Shown: positions 12,608 through 31,099 of the stretch, one piece after another | Numbering within the stretch: position 1 is the stretch's first letter | Layout: each line of letters opens with the position of its first letter | NCBI RefSeq assembly: GCF_009914755.1 | Contig: NC_060925.1 | DNA: 64,000 nucleotides | From: the human T2T-CHM13v2.0 reference genome, Homo sapiens | Direction: 5' to 3' (one strand) | Made by a program: the position numbers and the translations under genes | Notes under the pieces: generated by a model | The model's input: only the letters and a program-made list of their open reading frames with translations | Told to the model about the DNA's origin: nothing | The model's database searches: none

Positions 12608-14700
12608 GTAAGTAGAAGCCTTTTATGTTTTCTTTCCTCCTCTCCTTCTATCTCTTAATGCTTGTTTAGGTCAGAATGTCCATGTTTGGTAGGACAGAAA
12701 TGAGTTTCTCTGGATTTTTTCCCAGCTGAGTATTTCCTGCCTATCCTTCAATTATATGAGGGTGTTGGAAGTAACAGTGTAGACTTTTCTCTTTGGCTAC
12801 ACTGCAGGCCTTTCTTCAATGTCAGCATTTTTGAGACTCCATGAATCTCACAAAAGAAATGAAAAGTTCTCAAAGGGATGTTTTTCTTTGTCATATTGTC
12901 TGTTCTGAATAGTCTTTCATGGATTTTCTAAAAGGAATTTTTAAGGTATCTTGAAATTTTTCAGTTATCACATTCCAGTGAACTTTTTCCTTCAATTTCT
13001 TTAAAACAGACACATAGTGAGTTTGTATAATATATATGTTTAAATTATATGAATTGGACTTTCTATTCTTGGTCAGAAAACATGGGGATAGGGAATAAAT
13101 AATACTTTAAATAGTGTAGAGAAGTCTGTCAGTTATTCCATTGATTGAACACATATGTAGAAATGGAGATGAGAACCAAATATACTGTTCTTTCATTTGC
13201 TATCCATTCTGTATTCTTATTGTATGCACCTCATCAAGCTTGAAATCCTCAGTGCGTGTTTCTAACACCTGAGGGGAAATGGCTTAATGATTTTAAGGGT
13301 TTCCTTATTATTTATCCATATTCATCCCATATTTATTAAATGACAGCTACTGTTCCTAGACCTTCATGGACAATGGATCAGCTCTTACAGAACTTACTCA
13401 CTGAGATAAAATGAAATGCCATTATTTAGGAGGCAGGGAAATAATTGGAAATTGCTTCCACAAGATCCTCTATCAATAAGATAGAGAGTTAAATAAGTAA
13501 TCAGAAAGTAGCACTGACCAAAGAGGGACAGATAAAATTATATACAGAAAATGAAAATAATGAACATGAAAAGAAGAGCTGAAAAGTTGGAGAGTAATAA
13601 AAATGATGAAGTGTTGTAAGTGGTTAAACACTTAAATAATTTAAAATCTGAATGTATTATTCTGTGATAAAAGATCTCAAAAATGAGAATTCTTTAGGAG
13701 CTGTTTCTAGGATTTGCAAGGGTAATTTTGACAGCGTATATGCCTTATTCACTGACCTTCGGACCTAACTCCTGTGTTAAGATGTGACTCTACTGTACTT
13801 GTCTTTTACAGTTTTCTGGGTCTGACTCTGGGAGGACAAACAAGATTTAGAATCAGACCTTGATTTGTTTCTGGAACTCACTAGTTTTGTGACCTTGGAC
13901 AAGTTACCTAAACTCTGTGCCTCATTTTCATTTCTTCAAACTAAAGATTCAAACAATTGTTTTCATAGGATTACTGTGAGAATTAAATGTCAGTGTTCAG
14001 TAGATCTAGTAATAAGTGATAGCTGTAGTCATGGTTATTGTACTACCCATTCTAGCCTGGATCAGAAGAAAAGTTACTAGTGGTTCCATAGGCAAGGGTC
14101 CCCAATCTGTTTCTTCCTTGACTTGCTACTTCCAAGACCTAGAACTAACTTAATTTAGAGCCATTGCCTTGGGAGAAGCTAGCATTGTCCAAGAATATGA
14201 GTATCCCACTTGCTAAATAGTTGCTTGAGTAGTATACACAGGCCTGTTTACTGGGATGCACAATTGTTCTGGAGCTTCTGGGCTGCATAAATCTCTCTTA
14301 TTCTATGGACCAGTCCTGCTGTGCTCATCAGCAGGGAATTGCTACTTCTAGAGTCTTCTGTGTGGTTTGCAACACCAAAAACTTGTTGTATGGCGTTGAA
14401 TTCTCACTTTGGGGGAACTGTTACGTGTCTTTAAGAACATTTATGATGATTTAGTCTTAGAAATAAGATTAAATCCTATCATTTTCACTGCTTACCACCC
14501 TGTAGAGCTTGTCACTCAGATATGCTTAATGCCACTATCTCTCAAGTAATCTAGGAACTTCTGACCTATTAAACATTCTGCAGTTTAGAAAAACTCTTTT
14601 TTAGTCTTAACACCGGGTGGCTTGCTTCAGAATATTTCCTACATGTTGGGGCTTATCCCATGCTGGGTTTTCCTTGTGGTCAGAATTTTATATACTGTAG

Positions 14701-14986
<286 letters not shown>

Positions 14987-15092
14987 TGTATACTATAGTT
15001 CTTTGAATGACTCCTTTCAATAGTTGTGCTTTGCCATTGGCTCTGATTCAGTTTTCTTTTTCTTCTCTTTTCCTTTTTTTTTTTTTTTTTAG

Positions 15093-18000
15093 GAATGCAG
15101 AGCAGTTGCTGGGGTGATTGACCTAGGCACAGTGGAGATATTTCCCATCTTCAAAGCCATGCAAAAGGGCCTCCTTGACCAAGACACAGGCCTAGTGCTT
15201 CTGGAATCTCAGGTTATCATGTCTGGCCTCATTGCCCCTGAGACGGGTGAAAACCTCTCTTTGGAGGAGGGCATAGCCAGAAACCTCATTAATCCCCAGA
15301 TGTACCAGCAGCTCCGGGAGCTACAGGATGCCCTGGCCTTAATAAGCAGGCTTACTGAGAGCAGAGGCCCTCTTTCTGTGGTGGAAGCAATTGAAAAGAG
15401 AATAATCAGTGAGACAGTTGGACTGAAAATCTTAGAAGCTCACCTGGCAACTGGAGGTTTCAGTCTTTCCCCTAGTGAGAACTGTATTAACCTGGAAGAG
15501 GCTTTTCATCAAGGCCTCATTTCTGCATGGCTTCATTCAGTATTAGAGTCTTATCTTAGAACATCCAAGAATTTGATAGACCCTAACACAGCTGAGAAAA
15601 TTGGTTTGCTGGATCTGATGCAGCGATGTATTGTCCACCAGGAATCAGGATTCAAATTACTGCCTGTCAAACAATTGGCAGGGGGGATGGTGAGCTTGAA
15701 ATCAGGCCGGAAGGTTAGCATTTTCCGTGCAGTTCAGGAAGGGCTAATAGATAGGCAGGTCACTGTCCGGTTGCTGGAAGCTCAGCTTTTTGCTGGTGGC
15801 ATAGTAGATCCAAGAACAGGACACAGACTTACAGTGGAAGAGGCTGTAAGACATAATCTGATTGACCAAGATATGGCCTGTGCTATCCTCATAAGGCAGC
15901 TTCAGACAGGAGGCATCATAGACACTGTCACGGGGCAAAGGCTAACAATAGATGAAGCAGTGAGCAATGATCTAGTAGCTGCTAAGATCGCCCTTGTGAT
16001 TCTGGAGTCCCTCTGGTCATTCATGGGGTTGCTGTGGCCTGAATCTGGAGAGATCCTCCCAATTACAGATGCCCTAGAACAAGGTATTGTGTCTACTGAA
16101 CTAGCACATAAAATCCTTAGTAACCGACAGCATATTAAGGCTCTGTTTCTACCAGCAACCACAGAGATTTTGTCCTGGAAGAAAGCAATAGAAAGTGGTA
16201 TCCTGGATAGAGATCTTGCCAATAACTTAAAATCGATTTGTATACCTGATGTGATGCCCCACATGCAACTAGCAGACTCTGCAGAACAAAATATTAATCC
16301 TGGAGCAGCAGTTCTACCGTGCAGCAAGAGCCACCCTAAGGCCACAGCAAGCCAGAGTGAGAATCTGTTGTTCCAGCTGATGACTCACAGCTATATTAAT
16401 GTGCAAAATGGACAGAGGCTGCTTCTGTTAGATAAAGAGCTGATGGAGACACTAACATCCAGAGATGAGTATCAAACAAGTCCTCCAAAAGTGGTTGAAA
16501 TTGGGCATCAAAGGCAAAAAACTCCTGAGGGATTGCAAGAATCAGCTAATGTGAAAATCTCAGGAACTTTCAGCAGTGGGTGGACTGTGAGGCTGCCTGA
16601 GTTCCAGTTTTCTTCTCAGAACAAAGAATATCCCGATCGGGAAGATTGCACTACAGAAAAAGGCAAAAAGACCACTGTAGAAACAGAAGATTCTTCTGTA
16701 GAGAACCCTGAACAGGATCTGTTTGTAGAACAAAAAGAGAGAAATCCAAACATTGATGCTTTGAAGGTAATAAATAAAGTCAAATTAGAGGTACAAAGGC
16801 AGTTGATAGGTACCCAAAGGGAAGACCAAACAGCAGTGTCTGTCAGAGAAAATGCCAGCAGGGGACACCTCCTGACCATACCTCCTGCTGAGGCGGAAGG
16901 TGTGCCGTTGGTGGTTGACAAAGATGTTTTTTCTGTTGAAACACCAAAGAAAGAACATCAACCTCTAAGAAACACTTCCTTTACATGTCAGAATGAACAA
17001 GCACACACTCTTGAGACTGAATATATTCATGATGAAACTGGAGGATCTCACATAAAACCCCAAAGCAAAAAGTTACAAGTTCAGGTAAAGAAAACTCTAG
17101 GTATAAAGTTAGAACTAAAGTCTGAAACTGATGGGAATGTTCATCCTCTGGACAAAAAGGAAATGTTAAAGAAAACATTTCTGGCTAAGGATGACCATAA
17201 AGAAAGTCAAGAAGCACAGAACATCGCAGGTGGTAGTATGATGATGTCAGAAAAGACCGATGAGGAAGATAGTGGCAGGGAAATTTTTCTGTCATGCAGT
17301 CATCCATTAGAATTGCTTGAAGAAGCTACCTTAAATGTATTATCTGCACAGTTACTAGATGGTGGTATCTTTCATGAACAAACAGGTCAAAAGCTCTTAC
17401 TAAATGAAGCAATATCCCGAGGCATTGTGCCAAGTCACACTGCCGTGAAGCTTATGGAGAAGCTGAACATGTTTCAGGGGTTCTTTGACTCTCAGACTTG
17501 TGAGTCTTTGACAACTGAAGAAGTCATTAATGAAGGTCTGATGGATGAGAAATTATTACATAATGTCCTCATGGCAGACAAAGCTATAAGTGGTGTCTTA
17601 GACCCCCGTACCCAGACACTGTGCTCTGTAAAGGATGCAGTTACAGTTGGACTTCTTGACAAGGAAACAGCCACCAGAATTTTAGAGAGGCAGGTGGTGA
17701 CTGGTGGAATTATTGATCTGAAACGAGGCAAAAAAGTTTCAGTAACTTTGGCCTCAACTCTTGGCTTGGTGGACGTTGCTGACCAGCCAGAACTTATAAA
17801 TCTGGAGAAAGCTTCCAAAGGTAGAGATGCTGAAAAAACAGTTAGGGAGAGATTAATTAGTTTACAAATGGAAACAACAGGACTTATAGACCCTGATAGT
17901 AAAGCACCTTTAACAGTTGTGCAGTCCATTGACAGAGGTCTTTTGGAGAGAGAGGAGGCCGTTCGTTTGTTGACTAAGCAAGTGGTAGATGGAGGTATCA

Positions 18001-20543
18001 TTCACCATATATCTGGGATGAGACTTTCTGTTGATAATGCCTTCAGACATGGCTTAATTGGTGAAGATTTAGCCGAGAAACTCAAAAGAGTTGAGAACTT
18101 AAACATCCATCAGATTTTTAATCCTGAAACGAAGGAAAATATTTCCCTCCCTAAAGCCATAAAATTAGATCTTATTACCTCAGACCTGAAAAGAGAAATC
18201 CAGGAGGTTCAGGCCTTTACTGGAAACTTTGTGGATCTCATTTCTGGTCAGAGATTGACCTTGGCAGAAGCTAAAAAAGAAGGACTGTTAACTAATGAAG
18301 CAGTATTGTCTCCAGGAATGATGCATGGCATTGTAGATCCCGAGAACTGCAGAATTGTCCCCTACTCAGAATTAGTCAAGAAATGTAAGATTGATATTGA
18401 ATCTGGACAGAGATATCTAGAAGTAATTCCCTTCTCAGACATTAAAGATGGGGTGAGCGACAAAGTGCTTACATTGTCTCAAGCAATTCAGCTTGGAAAA
18501 GTAGACTTTGCATCTACGCTGAAGGTTCTAGAAGCCCAGGCAAATACTGGTGGAATCATAGATACTGCTACTGGAAAAAGACTGACATTGGCATCAGCTT
18601 TGGAAGAGAAACTGGTGGATGAAAACATGGTCAGAATTATTGCATCTCATCAGGTGTTAAATGGAGGAATTGTTGACATATTTAGTGATCAGAGAGTGAC
18701 TTTAGTAGAAGCTATTGAGAAAAGACTGATCAGCCCTGAACTGGCAAATATGATCCAAATAGATAGTTCAGAGTTCAGCGATCACAGGGCTCAGATTGAA
18801 AAGCAAGAAGGGATTGAAGTGTGTGCATTACAAAATGAATTTCTAGGAAAGGATATGTTAATTGCTTGTAATCAGACTGCTGAAATGAGTTGTAATAAAG
18901 TAGAAGAGAGTGAGAGATTATTTCAAGTTGAAAATCAGTCTGCACAAGAAAAGGTTAAAGTGAGAGTTTCTGATGGGGAGCAGGCAAAAAAGAGCAGGGA
19001 AATTTCCTTAAAGGAATTTGGGTGCAAGGATCAACGTAAGCCAAGAATGTCTTCAGATGCTAAAGAATTTATCAGTATCATAAATCCTCATAATCTTAAA
19101 GGTAAATCCTTGGGCCAAGTGTCATTGACACACCCTTACTCTGAATGTGATTTTAAACTTAAAGAAGTGGCTAGAAATAACATGGGAAATGATACAAATG
19201 AAGAGCAGGAAAAAGCAGTGACAAAAATAGAAATTATTTCTCATATGAAGCAGTCTACCTCATGTCTAGATTCTGAAGAAATAAGAGAAAATCAAGGGGA
19301 AGTGATTTTGGAAGTACAAGAAACATATTGTGAAACGTCAGGCAAATTGCCGAGTGAGCAGGTTTTGCAGCAACCAATGAATGCTCGGGTGAAAAGTAAG
19401 AGAGAGAAGAGGGAGGTGATTGTAGAAGAAAGTATCAGAACATGCAAACCAGCATTTCTTTCTGAAGAAAAGTTGTATCAGGAAACTGCCATTAGAGATG
19501 AGCATGACTCCCATATAAAGAGCCAACCTAGGGAAATGACCTCAAGTGAAAAAGGGAAAGAAGCTGATACAGAAATGGGATTTTCTATTACTTTTAAAAT
19601 TGAAGAGTCCTCTTCCCAAGTGGTACCTCAAGGAATTTCTGTAAAACATTTAGATGCTTTAACACTCTTCAGCTCTAAACAGGCCAATGAAGGAAAAGTA
19701 AACAATTTAAGTCTCTGCTTGACTTTAAAACCAGAAGAAAACTTATCTCGAGAAATTGCCTGTGGGGCCCAGAGTGAACCATTCCCTTGTATGACCCCAA
19801 GACCTGAAGGATTGCACTACCAGGAATCAGATGGAAAAGCCCAAGTGACAGGCCCATCCCAAATTTCCAAAACAGACAAGTCTTTCCAAGGAACCACCAG
19901 ACAGGAGACCAACTATCAAGATTCCTGGGTTACTTCGAAAACTAAGGAAACCAAACATCAAATTTCCTCATCTAATGAATGTAAAGAAAAGTCATACCAA
20001 GAAGTATCTTTTGACCCAGCAAGAGGTCTTAAATTGGAAGAAATCACAGTTTCTAGACCAGATTCAAAAGAAGTCAGGTATCTAGAATTCTCAGACAGAA
20101 AAGACCTTCATCATCAGGGCAGCAAAAGTGATGATAAACTTTGTGGAACTCTCAAATCTGAAATAGCAACACAGGAACTAACTGGAGAGAAATTTCTAGA
20201 AATGGCAAACCCTAATGTTGCAGGTCTAGAAGCAGGATCCATTGAGGACATAGTGACTCAGAGAGGTTCCAGAGTCTTGGGATCCTTTCTTCCAGAGAAA
20301 CTGTTCAAAGGAGTGTCTCAAAAAGAGAATACAGGGCAACAGAATGCCATCATTAGTCCTACTGTTCTAGAGACCAGTGAAGAAAAGACAGTGTCCCTAA
20401 CAGTATGCTCTGCAGTGAAGACAGAGAAGACACCACAGGAAAAGCTCAGAGAAAGCCCTGGCAGTGAACAAACTCCCTTCATGACTGCACCTGAAGGAAA
20501 GGGAAATGGAGGTGTAAACCCAGAGCCCTTCAGAGCAACTCAG
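15093..20543 (+). CDS. MACF1: MACF1 giant alternative exon (5451 nt, 1817 codons): two clusters of plectin/plakin repeats plus long low-complexity linkers
   Basis: T17-ag|gaa acceptor, cag|gtcagt donor; ORF 15114-20576; recurring 'GGIIDxxTGxRLTxxEA' plectin-repeat motifs at ~15100-16240 and ~17330-18760. Confidence 0.96.
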
Positions 20544-21071
20544 GTCAGTGGTGTGCTTTTTTTTTTTTCTTCCTAAAGATACAATTAGTTTAATGCTAAA
20601 ATTCTTAACTGGGTACAGAGTTTACATATGTGTAATTGTATGCCTCTATACATTTTAAGGCACTAGATGATTCTCTAAGATATAACTTAGTTTATCATCA
20701 TCTGTTTGTAGCAAAGTTGTTGGAAAATTAGGCATTGGCTCTGAATGTCTTTCTGAAATCTGCAAGGGTTTTAAATAGAAACGAGCTAATAGAAATACTA
20801 GGATGATGCTACCTGAAATCAGAATAGCTTTTGGAAATTTTGGTAAAATGATGCTTGTAGATTGATAGCTCTGAGCTTCTGCTCTCTGAGGAAATTGGTA
20901 AAATCACCTTTGTCTATTGATTTGAAATGACTTAAACAAAGTGTTTTATTTTATCCCACTCTATGTGCAGTAAAAATTGCTTCTATTTGTCTAACAAAAA
21001 CCCCTGCCTGCTTTAAAGCTGACTTACAGGAGAACGTCAGAACTGAGTCAGCTTTCTTTTTGGCTCCACAG

Positions 21072-21221
21072 AATGTATTTACCCGGCAACTCTGTTTAGA
21101 ACATGATGAAAAGCTAGTATCCTATCTGTCTCTGTTACGGAACATTGAAATGAGGACCAAACAGATTCAACCTTTGGAGCTAAACCTGGCAGAACTACAG
21201 GATCTGCTGTGTCAGGCCAAG
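21072..21221 (+). CDS. MACF1: MACF1 coding exon (NVFTRQLCL...LLCQAK), plectin-block associated
   Basis: ttttggctccacag|aat, aag|gtaggt; 150 nt, phase 0-0. Confidence 0.9.
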
Positions 21222-21452
21222 GTAGGTTCCCAGAGACTTCCACCACAGACACCAGCTTCAAGATAGCTGCCTCCATCTTCCTTGAAGATTTCAAGACTTA
21301 CTAGAACCTGCTTGCACTCTATTCTAGGGTAAACAATCTCAGACCCTTGTCAGATAATTATGGGATGGGCTACATTTGGATAGACCGGATAAAATTTATA
21401 CAGGATAAACTTGAACAGACCTTGGATTTGGCTATCAATGTAATTACTACCA

Positions 21453-21961
<509 letters not shown>

Positions 21962-22885
21962 CTACCAATTGTTATCTGCGTGGTTTTGGATTGATTTAGG
22001 TAAGTTCAAAGGCAGAGTGATTGGTTAGGAAACTATTGCAGTAATTCAAGCAAGAAATGTTGGAGGCTTAAAACAGTAGATTAGATATGTAAGTTAATCT
22101 CTCTTACTTCCTAAAACTATACTAAGACATCAGGAAAAAGGTTTTTTGGGTTTTTTTTTTTAGTGCATAAATTCATAAAAGGGCAAGAGAGGAGAAAACA
22201 GCAGTAAAATTTTAGAAGTTAGAAAGCAGCTGGATGAGGCGATAACTACCTTAGCAAGCTAGAGTAAACCAGATCCTCAACTTAAAGTGGAGGAAGCTAA
22301 GGAACAACCTGATTTATACTACAGAACTCCCCAAAGCCTCAAAAATTGGGAGCACCAGAAAGAGATGAAAATGGATATGCAAACGGGCTTATAATTGGTT
22401 TAAAGTCTGTTTAAGAAGCAATTAGACCTTTAGATTTTCAACTTACTTCACATAGCCTGGCAACTGCTTGTGCTGTGCTCTAACGAAAGGCTGGATGTTC
22501 ATTCTCTGAGGAAAGTAATTCAAAGTGTCTCTTGACTAGGGAGAGCAGCCATTTATTGAAGGTAAATATTCCATACAGAAATCAGTAGGATTAACTGGAA
22601 GTTCACATACATACTGAATTTTGAGCTATATCCTTGCTCCCGCTATGGTTTGACCAGCCCAAGGGGGAAGACCTAATGGTACTGATATAAGTGGTTTCCC
22701 AACTGTATGGCCCAGCTCCATCACCCTCAGTGAAGACTACAGCCAGCAGAGTTTATAGTCAGCTTTTTAGGGCATTACACTCCACTTCAGCATCCAGAAA
22801 GCTTCTGATACAAAAGGAGAGGCTAAAACAAAGAAAAAGAAACTTGGACAAAATACAGACTATTTAGGAAAAAAAACATACTGAG

Positions 22886-23160
22886 GGCCAGTCACAGTGG
22901 CTCATGCCTATAATCCCAGCACTTTGGTAGGCCAAGACAAGAGGATTGCTTGAGCCCAGGAGTTTGAGATCATCCTGGGCAACACAGTAAGAAATTAGCC
23001 AAGCCTGGTGGTATACACCCTAGTCCCAGCCACTCAGGAAGCTGAGGCAGGAGGATTTGCCTGAGCCCAGGAGTTTGAGGTTGTATTGAGCTATGAATGC
23101 ATCACTGCACTCCAGTCTGGGAGACGGAGTGAGACCCTGTCTTAAAAAAAAGAAAGAAAA
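22886..23160 (+). mobile_element. Alu (J-like)
   Basis: Alu dimer motifs and A tail. Confidence 0.88.
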
Positions 23161-24390
23161 ATATATTCAAAAGCACTGCCATTTAAAGGACCAACAAAGA
23201 AACAACAACAACAAAAATAGATTGAAAAAGTCTAACTGGAGATCTCTGAAGAAGACCTGGAAACACTCGTCTCACAGAAACCAAAGGAGGAGGAGTCAGC
23301 CCTAGTAACTGCCACAGGGAGATTGAGTACAATGAGGACTGAAGGGGAGATTCAGCTCCTGAAAGTTATTGGTGACTTTGAACAGTTTCAGTGGAGTGAC
23401 GGGATATAAACTAACTTGCAGCTGGAAGAAATGGGAGGTTGGAAAGTAGAGACAATTAATATAGATCCTTCTTTCCAGAAGTCTTAGGTACAGGCAAGGA
23501 ATGAGGTGGGACACTACTCGAAGGAGATGGATTGAAAGGAATGTTTTGAATGGGTTTTGGACTGAGGAGAAAGAACCAATTAAAAGGGAGAACTTGAAGT
23601 TAGAAGAGAGAGGAAGTGATAACTGATAGAACCAGTCCCCTAAAAACGTAGAAAGACAGCCTTGAGAGGGAGGAAGAGTGGCTATTTCACTGAAATTGGA
23701 GGTTAAGAGTTGTCATAGGATTGGAGTCACCATGAAGACAGATTGTAGTGGTTTACTGGTTCTCTCAATATCTAGTGTGTGGCCTTGGGTAGGGTGGCTG
23801 AACCGGGGCTGAGGATGATGCCCCAAAGAACTATGTCAAGTTCTTCCACAGCTTATTTCCGGCTTATCTGTTGAGGACCAGAATATTACAGACTAGATGA
23901 GTGGAAAAGCTGGTTGGGGTTAGCTTTGTATTCTTTGGTTCCATGACCCTGGAATTTAGAGTGGAAGAGTCATCCGTTCGGTTTATTTTGTAGCACATTA
24001 ATTCTGCACAGCTGCTCCTTGGGGAAAGGCATAATGACACTCTCAGAGAGGCAGCAAGTTACAGTGGAGGGAGCACACTGCACTGAGTGAGAAAACCTGA
24101 ATCCAAGTCCTGGCTGTACTGCTTACCAGCTGGGTGACCTTGGACACCATTCACATTTTTTTTTTAAGCAATGAGGCATCTCTTCTGTAAATCCAGAACA
24201 GTAACATCTACCTTGCCTACTTCATGAATTAGTGATTGTGAGAACCAAGTAAACTAATGAATGTACATAAAAACATTTTCTAAGCCCTAAAGTGTGTGTA
24301 GACATGGGGTGAGAGAGAAATGTGTTCACAGCTGATTCCCAGAGGGTTTCTAGTCTTGCTTTTATAGGTAACTCCACTTTATTCCCTCAG

Positions 24391-24606
24391 GTATTAGAAA
24401 GGGAGTTAAAGGATCTGACCACCTTGGTCAGTCAGGAGCTGGAGTGTGTGAATCAGATTATCATCAGCCAGCCTCAAGAAGTTCCTGCTCAACTGTTGAA
24501 GGCTCTAGAGAAAGATGCCAAGAATCTTCAGAAGTCTCTCAGCTCTGTGAGTGACACTTGGAATTCCAGGCTACTCCACTTCCAGAATGCTGTGGAAATA
24601 GAAAAG
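24391..24606 (+). CDS. MACF1: MACF1 coding exon (VLERELKDL...AVEIEK), plectin-block associated
   Basis: ttattccctcag|gta, aag|gtagca; 216 nt. Confidence 0.9.
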
Positions 24607-24692
24607 GTAGCATTTTGCTTTTATTCATAAAGGCTCACAAAGTCTGGGTGGCTGGGAGATTTTCATAATGTGATTTTCCATTTATTTCTTAG

Positions 24693-24842
24693 ACTAAAGT
24701 GTTAAATCAGCACACACAGCTAGAAGGCCGACTTCAAGATCTGAGAGCCTGGGTTGGCAATAAAAATCTTATTCTGAACAGCAAGGGATCTAACAGTGAA
24801 ATAGATGTTGACAGCCTGAACCTCTGTCTCCAACAGTATGAG
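24693..24842 (+). CDS. MACF1: MACF1 coding exon (TKVLNQHTQ...CLQQYE), plectin-block associated
   Basis: ttatttcttag|act, gag|gtaaac; 150 nt; follows an 86-nt intron. Confidence 0.9.
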
Positions 24843-24901
24843 GTAAACTCAAGCACATTTTCTTTGTCCTTTGAGTTGTATCAATTTTATTTCCCTGCTA
24901 G

Positions 24902-25222
<321 letters not shown>

Positions 25223-25302
25223 ATTTATCTTTCTCAGAAAGTCTGATTTTCCATTTTATAAATAAAGTCAGCTATGTTTAGGTTTATAATTATCATATCC
25301 CT

Positions 25303-25599
<297 letters not shown>

Positions 25600-25795
25600 A
25601 TCATATCCCTGGAGCTTCAGTGATAATGATCATTTCTCCTTTCAGCTATTCTCTGAGAGACCATCTACTGAATGCCCTGTTATTATCAATCTCATCCTCT
25701 CTTTATAAATGAGCATCTAGGATCCGTCCTTTGTTTCTTTTTTGACCACGATCCAATCCTACGTGCACACACACATACCAGTTTCAGGAGATTTT

Positions 25796-26925
<1,130 letters not shown>

Positions 26926-27577
26926 TCTAGAGAGTTGCTTTTCTTCTTCTTAAGCCCCAGATTAATTGATTCTTTTTATTAGTCAATAAGAGAAAAGACC
27001 ATGAGACACATGTGAGCCAGAGAGTTTTCTCCCCAATATTGTTCTCTTTTTTTGTTCTATTTAAGATTATTTGAGGTATTACAGTGGTTTATCAACCCTC
27101 TGCTATAGAGAGATACCCCTCTCCTTCAACTTTTTAGAATGTCAGAACGGAACTAGAAATGTCCCCTCCTTCTATTCTATCTTCTCCCTCTTCCCCAATC
27201 TTAAGAGAAGCAGACATAAAAGTTTGTCCATGATCAACCTTATACACAATCTCATCCCTCTTTATCACGCAAGAGTTGACCTGCCTCCTCTTTTTATACC
27301 CTTTATCCAAAGATATCACTGAGGGAGAGAGTTTCAGACTTTATTCAGCCTTTATCTGTTTGCTAAGATATTACAAAGAAGCAAGCATGAAAAAAATTAC
27401 CATGACATAGTGTGAGATATAAAAACATAGAGACATAGAGCATTTCATGCATTGGTGCCCTCCCCTAGTTATAACATATGAATCCTCTTGTAGCAGAGAA
27501 TGACAGTCTGAGCCTTGTTTTTCTAGTGATAGTTTCCTAAATTATCATGTTCACAGAGGAAGGAAGCTTTGTCTTAT

Positions 27578-28928
<1,351 letters not shown>

Positions 28929-29217
28929 TTATGATAAATATTCAAGAAGCCCTTTCTGCCTGTTCTGCAGGATTGACTACTCTCAATTGATCTACTCTCA
29001 GTTTCAAAGTGATGGAGATCCAGTATAACATAATTGATAATCACTAGATGTGGGAAGATTACTTGTTTTTAATAGTCTGAAAACAGATGATTTTAGTGTT
29101 TGGACAGTTTTTACTACTTTAAGGGAAAAATATAACTATAACAAGAAAGTCTGAGTGTAATCTTTCAGTTTAAAAAATAGTATAAACAGCATCATTTACT
29201 CAGAAAATCAAAATTTA

Positions 29218-30337
<1,120 letters not shown>

Positions 30338-30403
30338 TCAAGGTAGGTCCAGTAAAGGGAACTTAATTCTAATTTATGAGGAGTTTGGAGAGACTGAAAG
30401 TGA

Positions 30404-30707
<304 letters not shown>

Positions 30708-30865
30708 AAGAGAGACTTTAATTCTAATTTGGCCCTAGAATCATTAGTGCCAGTTATGAAAATACAGGAAATTAGCCTCTCTGATTCTGTTGGTTTTCTT
30801 CATGAACTGAGAAATGGAAGTATCATGGTTTTTTGTTTTTTGTTTCCTTTTTCCATTTACCTTAG

Positions 30866-31099
30866 GATTTGAAACAGCCCATGGCTGAAAGGAAAGCTCA
30901 GCTGGATGCTCTTGCTTTTGATATTCAGTTCTTTATCTCAGAACATGCCCAGGACTTGTCCCCTCAGCAGAATCGACAGATGCTGAGGCTTCTGAATGAA
31001 CTGCAGAGGTCCTTCCAGGACATTTTGGAACAGACTGCAGCTCAGGTGGATGCCTTGCAGGGCCATCTTCAACAAATGGAGCAGGAAGCCCTGGTGAAG
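30866..31099 (+). CDS. MACF1: MACF1 coding exon (DLKQPMAER...QEALVK), last exon of the plectin block
   Basis: ttccatttaccttag|gat, aag|gtcaga; 234 nt. Confidence 0.9.

Noticed and set aside
15744-19857. Antisense ORFs (up to 169 aa) opposite the giant exon, and similar ones opposite 41265-41783 and 45245-45562
   Set aside because: Shadow ORFs expected opposite long coding frames; no independent promoter or splice evidence
15114-20576. 1820-aa ORF as a stand-alone intronless gene
   Set aside because: Flanked by a strong acceptor (15092) and donor (20544) in frame with neighbouring MACF1 exons; the track start is GTG and the tail VSGVLFFFSS is intronic
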